A stretch of 64,000 nt of DNA from a bacterium (GTDB lineage: Bacteria > UBA8248), in NCBI GenBank assembly GCA_965203325.1, contig OZ241875.1:2752001-2816000 (forward strand), read 5' to 3'. Below, one piece after another: positions 57,028-64,000 of the stretch. Made by a program: the position numbers and the translations under genes. The notes under the pieces are model-generated. The model was not told the origin of the DNA, searched no databases, and worked only from the letters and a program-made list of their open reading frames with translations. The number at the start of each line of letters is the position of its first letter. The stretch's first letter is position 1.

Positions 57028-58263
57028 ATGAAGTTTTATTTTTCAGAGAAGACGAGTGAGAATTCAAGCCGCTATTATGGCTGGGTGATAGTGGGCCTCA
57101 CCTTTTTCACCATGGCTGTCGGTGGCTCCATCGTCGGTACTTTTCCTGTTTTCTACGTGGCTTTTCTCAATGAATTTGGGTGGTCTCGAGCAGACACCGC
57201 TCTGGCGTTTTCTTTTTCAATGGCCACGTTTGCGATTTCGGCCGGCTTTATAGGGGCAATGGTGGACCGATGGGGCCCGAGAGTGATCATCCCTACGGGC
57301 ATCACGATTCTATGCATCGGCCTTGCATTGATGTCACAGGTTTCCAGTTTACCCACCTTGTATTTTTTCTATGGAGGCGTTGTGGCACTAGGCATTACCA
57401 TGTTCGGGTTCATTCCTACGAGCACTGTTGTGAGTCAATGGTTTGTGCAACGCCGCTCTGTGGCGATGGGGATATCGTTATCGGGAAGGAGTTGTGGCGG
57501 TATCCTCATGGTTCCGTTTTCCGCCTACCTCATCGCGACTTTCGGGTGGCGTGCGGCGTATGTTTTGTTGGCGATTGGCATCATCGTCTTGTTGGTTCCC
57601 TTGAATCTGTTTTTACATCGTAGCCGCGTCGACATGACGGAAAGAAAAACAGGGGATGACCTCGGACCGAGTTGGACCTTGAAAGAGGCCCTGTCTGATT
57701 CGGTCTTTTGGTTGTTGTTTCTGGCAGGGATATTTAATGGCGTTGGTTTCAGCGTTGTTGGCGTGCACCAGGCGGCCCACATGGTTGATGTGGGAATGAG
57801 CACCATGAAAGCCGCTTCTTTGATAGGGGGTCTGGCTGTAGTCAGAGCCTTGGGAGGCATTTTGGGCGGATGGGTGGGGGATAGAATCGGGCGAACCCGA
57901 ACCTTTTATCTACTTAGCTTGGTTGCCATGTCGGGCGTTTTTTTGCTGATGAATCTATCTGAACGCCTTGCTTGGCTGGGATACGCTTATGTTCTGGTGT
58001 ATGGCATTGGCGCCGGTGCTCGAGGTGCAATTTTCGTATCGCTAAAGGCGGATATTTTCGCCGGCAAGAGTTTTGGCCGAATCCTGGGTTTTAGTCAAAC
58101 GGGAGGAGGATTGGCCTCAGCCGTCGGGCCTTGGATTGCGGGATATATTTTTGACTTATGGGAAAGCTATTACTGGGCGTTTATTCTCGTGTTGGCGGTT
58201 CAGGTTTTTTCGCTTATTGCAGTGGCGGCGGCGTCTTCTCAAGCAAAGAAAAGGAAAGGGTGA
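57028..58263 (+). CDS. MFS transporter
   Basis: YYGW, FGWSR, GAMVDRWGPR, GWVGDRIGR; about 12 TM. Confidence 0.9.
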   Translation: MKFYFSEKTSENSSRYYGWVIVGLTFFTMAVGGSIVGTFPVFYVAFLNEFGWSRADTALAFSFSMATFAISAGFIGAMVDRWGPRVIIPTGITILCIGLALMSQVSSLPTLYFFYGGVVALGITMFGFIPTSTVVSQWFVQRRSVAMGISLSGRSCGGILMVPFSAYLIATFGWRAAYVLLAIGIIVLLVPLNLFLHRSRVDMTERKTGDDLGPSWTLKEALSDSVFWLLFLAGIFNGVGFSVVGVHQAAHMVDVGMSTMKAASLIGGLAVVRALGGILGGWVGDRIGRTRTFYLLSLVAMSGVFLLMNLSERLAWLGYAYVLVYGIGAGARGAIFVSLKADIFAGKSFGRILGFSQTGGGLASAVGPWIAGYIFDLWESYYWAFILVLAVQVFSLIAVAAASSQAKKRKG

Positions 58264-58278
58264 TTTTCCTGACTGTAT

Positions 58279-58851
58279 TCAGGAAGCTGCTTTTTCTTTT
58301 TCTGCAATCATCGATTCGATGAAGGAAATCATACTTTCAGGTGATGTTTGTTCAATATTCAATGTGCTGTGATATAGAGTTGAATCGGCGAAATCGACAT
58401 TGAAGAAATATTGGGAAAACAAACCCTGATCCCGGTCTGACCTCTTGATGGTTTCCTCCGCCGCAGTTCTCGTTACGCCTGACGATTCCATGAAGTGTCG
58501 GATGCGGGCTTCCAGGCTGCCGACGATCCGAAGATGCAGGGCATCGGTTCGATCCTTGAGGAGTATCTGACCACCCCACCCGCCGATAACCACGTTCCCT
58601 TTGTCTGCCGCTTCGTTCATGCTTTCAGATAAAACGCTTCGTAAGCTGTCTCGTCCGACGCCAAAGGTGCGTTCCAGGATTGTTGGAGCACGGCCTTCTA
58701 TTTTCTCTAAATCCAGGGTCAAGCCTCGTTGTTTACAAATTTCGACGAGTTCGTCACGTCCCATAAACGCATAACCTAATTCGTTCGCGAGCTTGTGCGC
58801 AATGAAAATTCCACCGGTCCCGTATTGACGTGAAATGGTGATGACGGCCAT
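58279..58851 (-). CDS. Cytidylate kinase-like family protein
   Basis: VITISRQYGTGG P-loop, VVIGGWG. Confidence 0.85.
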   Translation of the reverse strand: MAVITISRQYGTGGIFIAHKLANELGYAFMGRDELVEICKQRGLTLDLEKIEGRAPTILERTFGVGRDSLRSVLSESMNEAADKGNVVIGGWGGQILLKDRTDALHLRIVGSLEARIRHFMESSGVTRTAAEETIKRSDRDQGLFSQYFFNVDFADSTLYHSTLNIEQTSPESMISFIESMIAEKEKAAS

Positions 58852-58982
58852 GTGAAATCTCCTATTTTATGAACTCTATTTTAATAATACTTGTTCCACC
58901 AATCTTATCAAAATTAATCATATCGCACGACCTTGATGAACAGCGCGTTTTTTGACCTCACTTGGTGAGATGGAGGTGAAAG

Positions 58983-59624
58983 ATGTCTTCGGGTATTCTG
59001 TAGCCGAGAGTTTCGGAGCAACCGGCACCGATGATCACCGATGGAGAGATAGGTTTCGTGAAAATTCCACCCGACGAACTTCTTGAATGCCTTGGTGTGC
59101 ATACTCCGCTGTATACCGCGGATGAAAAAGGAATTTTCGCTGTCCTGAATGATCAGGAAAAGGGCCATTTTTTCGCAGTGGATCGCGAAAGCGGCAATTT
59201 CCGCTGGCGAGTGGAGAACACGGCGGGTTGGGTGATAGCGCCTCCTCTCATCTGGGGAGATTTATACATCGTGGGTACAAGCAGCGCGGAAATGAGAAGA
59301 GAAGAAAAAGGAGAGCCGTTTGCGACGGTGGACTGGAAGCGTGGAGGTTCCGTTTATGTTTTCGGCGCAAGCGATGGCGCTGTGCGGTTTTGGGATGAAA
59401 AAACTGGCGTGGTAAGAGATAGCCCCAGAGTAGAGGATGCCGTCTTGATCGTGGAGGGAGAAATTCGGGTAGGTGGTTTTCGGGACGAAGAGCCGTGGTC
59501 TTCATCGTGCGAGGTGGAAAGTCGTTTCTCTTTAATATCAAAACGCTTGATCGCCCGACGTGTGCGAGGAGATGTTCCTTCCGGATATTTTGAGGGAGAA
59601 GCGCCGCCAACCGAATGGGTGTGA
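58983..59624 (+). pseudogene. PQQ-like beta-propeller repeat protein with an early in-frame TAG (59001-59003); intact ORF only from 59031
   Basis: GGAGGTG RBS before ATG 58983 in frame with ORF 59031; FFAVDRESGNFRW and FGASDGAVRF repeats. Confidence 0.5.
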
Positions 59625-59629
59625 GGCTC

Positions 59630-60508
59630 TCACCTTCTTTTTCTTAATTCCTTGGCCATTAGCGTCGCGTTTTGCGGAACCAGGTTTGAGCGAAACCAAT
59701 TCCGGTATTCTTCCATGTGAACGCTCGGAACCGTTTTTGCGAGAGTTCGATGTTTTTTCAGGGCTGCGGCGGTGCGCGAGCGCAATTTCGTCATATAGCC
59801 CCTGAATTCATCCCATACCTTTGAGGCGGGCTGAGTGGGAATGGGTCCATGACCGGGGATGAGGAACTTGGCGGGAAATTTCTTTAGTTTCGGGATCGCA
59901 TCTATCCAGTTGCCGAAATTCCCCAGTCTCGCCACGGGGTGGGTTCGATAATCGAGCAGGTCTCCCGTGAAGAGAATTTTCTCCTCCGGCATCCACACAA
60001 CGGTATCTCCCTTTGTATGACAGTGACCAATGTGGGCCATCTCGAATAATCGCCCGCCGTAGCGGATGGAAATTTCGCCTTCGAACGTCACCATGGGCGG
60101 TGCGACGTGAAGCTTGTCAATCAGGTGCTCCACTTTTTGCGGCCTTCCCGCCATTTGCTTCACCCAGATGCCCTCGTTCTCCTCTCGTTCCATCTCCAAA
60201 CGCACGTTTTGCTCACCGACGGAAACGGCCCCTCGCTTGTGGTAGTAACCGTTATCGGAGGTGTGGTCGAAATTGTGGTGGGTATTGAGCACTAGACCAG
60301 GCGATTTTCGGATGATTTCTTTCATTCCGGACACAAAAGCCTTTCGTATACGAATGTCGTTATCAACGATGACGGGTTTTTCGTTCGTAAGAACGAGGCC
60401 GAAATTCGTGCCTCCGTCTCCTCCAATGAAAATATGCACACCCTCTGCAATTTCGACGAACCCTTGGGTTTTTGCCGGACCTGGCAATGCCTTTACACTA
60501 CGTGCCAT
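59630..60508 (-). CDS. MBL-fold metallo-hydrolase (cyclase-like)
   Basis: NTHHNFDH, HTKGD, FTGDL, IPGHG. Confidence 0.9.
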   Translation of the reverse strand: MARSVKALPGPAKTQGFVEIAEGVHIFIGGDGGTNFGLVLTNEKPVIVDNDIRIRKAFVSGMKEIIRKSPGLVLNTHHNFDHTSDNGYYHKRGAVSVGEQNVRLEMEREENEGIWVKQMAGRPQKVEHLIDKLHVAPPMVTFEGEISIRYGGRLFEMAHIGHCHTKGDTVVWMPEEKILFTGDLLDYRTHPVARLGNFGNWIDAIPKLKKFPAKFLIPGHGPIPTQPASKVWDEFRGYMTKLRSRTAAALKKHRTLAKTVPSVHMEEYRNWFRSNLVPQNATLMAKELRKRR

Positions 60509-60630
60509 TGGTTTCTCCTTGCGGGGGCAGCGATGATGACGATATCGTTATGGAAATCTAAGCCAAGGTAGCAGAGTGCTTTTGAAGCAACAATATCGAG
60601 AATAAAATTTTCATAAATGAGACTCCTGAT

Positions 60631-61836
60631 ATGAATCCTTATTCTGCATTCATAGGACTTGAGTGTTCAAAAACCGGAGAACAATTCGAACCCGGCGGCC
60701 TGATGAATCTAAGCCCCTGCGGTGCTCCGTTGCTGGCGCAATATGACACCGAAGCCGCAGCGCTGACTTTGGACATCAAGAATATGGTGGGTCGCGCTCA
60801 TTCCATGTGGCGTTACCATGAAATGCTCCCGGCTCCCGATGAGGATGCCATCGTTACGCTCGGCGAAGGCATGACACCCTTGTTGAGGGCGCGTAGTTTT
60901 GAAAAAGTTTTGGGGCTTTCCTGCCTGTTCGTGAAAGATGAGGGTTTGAATCCGACGGGAAGTTTCAAGTCCAGGGGATTGTCCGTTGCGATCACGATGG
61001 CGCGGCATCTGGGCGCGAAAAAAATCGCCATACCAACGGCCGGCAACGCTGGCGGCGCGGCGGCAGCTTACGCTTCACGAGCGGGAATCGAAGCGTCTGT
61101 GTTTGTCCCCCAGGAAGCGCCGAGTGTGCATAAAGTAGAATGTGCGTTGGCGGGGGCCGATGTGACCGTTGTTCGTGGCTATATACATCATTGCGCTGAA
61201 ATCGTGGCGCAAAGAACACCGGCGGAAGGTTGGTTCGAATTGTCAACGTTCAAGGAGCCCTATCGAGCCGAAGGTAAAAAAACCATGGCTTATGAACTCG
61301 TCGAACAATTCGGCGGCGATGTCCCCGATGTGATTCTTTACCCCACAGGCGGCGGGACGGGATTGGTGGCGATGTGGCGCGCCTTTGGCGAACTCGAGGC
61401 GTTGGGCTGGATTGGCGAAAAAAGACCTCGCATGATTTGCGTTCAAGCCGAGGGCTGCGCACCGATCGTGCGGGCATATGAGAACGGCGATGAAGTTTCG
61501 TCCCTGTGGGATAATCCGACGACGGTGGTATCCGGCTTGCGCGCGCCGAAGGTGCTAGCGGATTTTCTGTGCCTTCGGACCATACGAGAAAGTGGAGGCA
61601 CGGCGATTGCTGTTTCGGATGAAATGATGTTCGAGGCGCAAAGAAAAGTGGGTGCTTCCGAGGGGATTCTTATCTGTCCGGAAGGCGGGGCATGTATTGC
61701 GGCCTTGGAAGTTTTGGTTGAGCAAGGTGACATCGGACGCGATGAACGTATCGTGACGTTTAATACAGCCACAGGCTTAAAATATGCAGATATGGTAGAA
61801 ACGGAGGTCTCTGTTATCGACCCGCTTTCAGCGTAG
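60631..61836 (+). CDS. thrC: Threonine synthase family PLP enzyme
   Basis: LGEGMTP, NPTGSFK, TAGNAG, EGKKT, PTGGG. Confidence 0.8.
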   Translation: MNPYSAFIGLECSKTGEQFEPGGLMNLSPCGAPLLAQYDTEAAALTLDIKNMVGRAHSMWRYHEMLPAPDEDAIVTLGEGMTPLLRARSFEKVLGLSCLFVKDEGLNPTGSFKSRGLSVAITMARHLGAKKIAIPTAGNAGGAAAAYASRAGIEASVFVPQEAPSVHKVECALAGADVTVVRGYIHHCAEIVAQRTPAEGWFELSTFKEPYRAEGKKTMAYELVEQFGGDVPDVILYPTGGGTGLVAMWRAFGELEALGWIGEKRPRMICVQAEGCAPIVRAYENGDEVSSLWDNPTTVVSGLRAPKVLADFLCLRTIRESGGTAIAVSDEMMFEAQRKVGASEGILICPEGGACIAALEVLVEQGDIGRDERIVTFNTATGLKYADMVETEVSVIDPLSA

Positions 61837-61848
61837 GATGAACGGCAA

Positions 61849-62277
61849 ATGATTGAGATAACAAGGCGAGAGGAATTCTCCGCGGCGCACCGGTTGTTTC
61901 GTTCCGATTGGAGCGATGAGCGGAATGAGGCCATGTATGGAAAATGCGCGAATCCGCACTATCATGGCCACAATTATGTTTTTGAAGTAACCCTGCGATG
62001 CCGTGTAAACCCAGAAACGGGGATGGCGTATAATCTGGCCGATTTGAAAGAGCTCATGAGGCGGGAAGTCGTAGAAGCGCTCGATCACAAGAATTTGAAC
62101 GAAGATGCTGCGGATTTCATGAAAAACAGGATCCCCACGGCGGAGAACATAGCGATTTCGATTTGGGAGTGTTTGGCGGAATATATAGATACAGAAATTC
62201 TTTTTCGCGTTCGCTTGTATGAAAACGAGAGAAATTTCGTGGATTATTATGGAGAAAACCCCGATGGCGTTCGGTGA
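61849..62277 (+). CDS. 6-pyruvoyl-tetrahydropterin synthase family (C-X5-HGH motif)
   Basis: FSAAHRL, GKCANPHYHGHNY, LDHKNLN, PTAEN, LYE. Confidence 0.9.
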   Translation: MIEITRREEFSAAHRLFRSDWSDERNEAMYGKCANPHYHGHNYVFEVTLRCRVNPETGMAYNLADLKELMRREVVEALDHKNLNEDAADFMKNRIPTAENIAISIWECLAEYIDTEILFRVRLYENERNFVDYYGENPDGVR

Positions 62278-62995
62278 ACCGAGAAATCTTGAGAAAAGAA
62301 GAATCGTTCTCACCGGGGCTTCACGGGGAATTGGCCGTGTGAGCGCGCTTCGTCTCGCAAAGGCAGGCGCGAGGGTTCTTGCCGTCTCGAGGGATGCCGA
62401 TGCCCTGGCGAGATTGGCTTTTGATTCAAAAGGGTACGTGGGGCAAATTTTGCCGCACAGTTGCGACGTGACGAAAGCCGATGAGGTGGAAGCACTCGGC
62501 GAAATGGCTGAAAAACGACTGGAGGGCGTGGATGCCCTGATAAACAATGCGGGTTCGGGCATTTTCAAGGATATCGAAAGCCTCTCGGTGGGTGAATTTA
62601 ACGCTACGGTTTCAGTGTGTCTCACCGCCCCTTTCATGTTGACGCGGGCGCTATGTCCCATGTTGGAATCGGCGAATGGTGAGATCATAAATATATCTTC
62701 TATTAGCGCTGTATCGGGATTTCCGGGAGCGTCGGCATATTGCGCCGCAAAAGCCGGTCTTGAGGGGCTCTCCAGAGCATTGGTCGAAGAATTGAGGCCC
62801 AAGGGGATACGCCTTACCATCCTCCGGCCCGGAGCCTGCGCAACGGACATGTGGAAATCCATTCCGGGGGAGTTCGATTTTGAGGCGATGATCCCTCCCG
62901 ATTTGGTGGCGGAAGCCATAGAGTTTTTGCTCTCTCAGTCCCGTAGGGCCTGGACGGAATCGATGGTGGTTCTTCCCCCAAAAGGCACGATTTAG
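62264..62995 (+). CDS. SDR oxidoreductase (possible sepiapterin reductase-like)
   Basis: TGASRGIG, NNAG, YCAAK; overlaps the PTPS gene. Confidence 0.85.
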   Translation: MAFGEPRNLEKRRIVLTGASRGIGRVSALRLAKAGARVLAVSRDADALARLAFDSKGYVGQILPHSCDVTKADEVEALGEMAEKRLEGVDALINNAGSGIFKDIESLSVGEFNATVSVCLTAPFMLTRALCPMLESANGEIINISSISAVSGFPGASAYCAAKAGLEGLSRALVEELRPKGIRLTILRPGACATDMWKSIPGEFDFEAMIPPDLVAEAIEFLLSQSRRAWTESMVVLPPKGTI

Positions 62996-63201
62996 CCAAT
63001 TCCCTCTTTTTCCCGGGAATCTGTTAGTCTGCGACGGGCATCGTCCAAGATGCAACACAAAGAGTGTCGAAGGCGCTTGTTCAACGGGGTGAAAAAGGGT
63101 AATAAATTTGACGCTGCCGCTTGGCGAATGGGAGTTCGCAGCATTTCCTGTGAGTGTGCGATCTCGAAATTTTTTTCATCATTTCTTCAGGAGGTTGGTC
63201 G

Positions 63202-63501
63202 TTGAGCATTATTCGATATGAAAATCTCGATGTCGAATATGAAACAGAGACTGGAGGTTCCATTCTTGATGCCGATTTGGATAACGGCATCGATCATACT
63301 TGCGATTGCGGCGGCAATTGCGCCTGTTCAACTTGTAAGGTGATCGTGATTTCCGGGGCCGAGTTGCTCTCTTCGCAACAGGAAGACGAAAAAGATACGC
63401 TGGATGCCTATGGATGGAATCCGGATGAATATCGTCTGGCTTGTCAATGTGTCGTCGAAGGAGAGGGCCGTATCGTATTAAATATGCCTGAACCCGAATA
63501 A
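63202..63501 (+). CDS. 2Fe-2S ferredoxin (adrenodoxin type)
   Basis: CGGNCACSTC and RLACQ; AGGAGG RBS before TTG. Confidence 0.9.
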   Translation: MSIIRYENLDVEYETETGGSILDADLDNGIDHTCDCGGNCACSTCKVIVISGAELLSSQQEDEKDTLDAYGWNPDEYRLACQCVVEGEGRIVLNMPEPE

Positions 63502-63519
63502 AATTTAGCGCGGCGGTTT

Positions 63520-63999
63520 TCAAGTTTTGTTCCATGCGCGAACCACCGAATCGAAATCAACCATACCCTCACGCAAGAGTTTTGGCTTCTCCCCTCTCGC
63601 GTCCACGATGGTGGAAGGCCGTGTGTTTTCAAGTCTTCCGCCGTCCAGAACCAGCTCTACTTCGTTTTGAAATCGGGATAGAATTTCCTGTGCGCTTTGG
63701 AGAGGAGGCTCGCCGGATATGTTCGCGCTCGTCGCCACGAACGGACCGAAGGACATGGCCAGAATGCGGCATAGCGCTTGTTCGGGCATGCGAACGGCGA
63801 CGGACGAACCCTCTCCGGTCAGCAGGGTGGACAGAAAGGGGGATGCCGGCAGCACCAGGGTCAAACCCGAAGGCCAAAGAGAATCCATCAGGGCCAAGGC
63901 GCGTCGCGGGATGTCGCAGGCGACTCTTTTCAGCTGATAGAGGCCCCCGATGAGAATGGGCGCGCCTTTCTCGTCTTTTCTCCCCTTGGTTTCATAGAG
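63520..63999 (-). CDS. tsaC: Threonylcarbamoyl-AMP synthase TsaC/Sua5 (5'-truncated by the window)
   Basis: KGR, WPSGLTLVL, VAVRMP, TSANISG, STIVD, LREG; frame open to the window edge. Confidence 0.9.
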   Translation of the reverse strand, partial: LYETKGRKDEKGAPILIGGLYQLKRVACDIPRRALALMDSLWPSGLTLVLPASPFLSTLLTGEGSSVAVRMPEQALCRILAMSFGPFVATSANISGEPPLQSAQEILSRFQNEVELVLDGGRLENTRPSTIVDARGEKPKLLREGMVDFDSVVRAWNKT

Positions 64000-64000
64000 T

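Overview
Bacterial genomic window with two compositionally different parts. Bases ~1-22 kb are GC-rich and packed with small palindromic repeats and MITE-like elements. They carry a ureG end and ureD, an LLM oxidoreductase, a TctABC transporter, several amidohydrolases/amidase, a 1068-aa Ala/Asp-rich lipoprotein with a TbpB-like C-terminus, and an intact IS256 nested inside repeats. Bases ~23-64 kb are visibly less GC-rich, almost repeat-free, and include nadAC, tupABC, an orphan dnaN, thrC-like, PTPS+SDR and tsaC. The most notable locus is 20.6-32.4 kb. It has four tandem paralogues of an uncharacterised 'WSDGLPV(I/V)xPT' protein, an orphan molybdopterin hydroxylase large subunit, and two genes that the ORF track splits or truncates at in-frame TGA codons. 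These read as probable selenoproteins: a UGSC (U-G-S-C-T-L-C) protein resembling the glycine-reductase GrdB Sec region, and an O6-alkylguanine alkyltransferase with P-U-H-R in place of P-C-H-R, each followed by a SECIS-like hairpin. All calls come from reading motifs by eye; no database searches were run.
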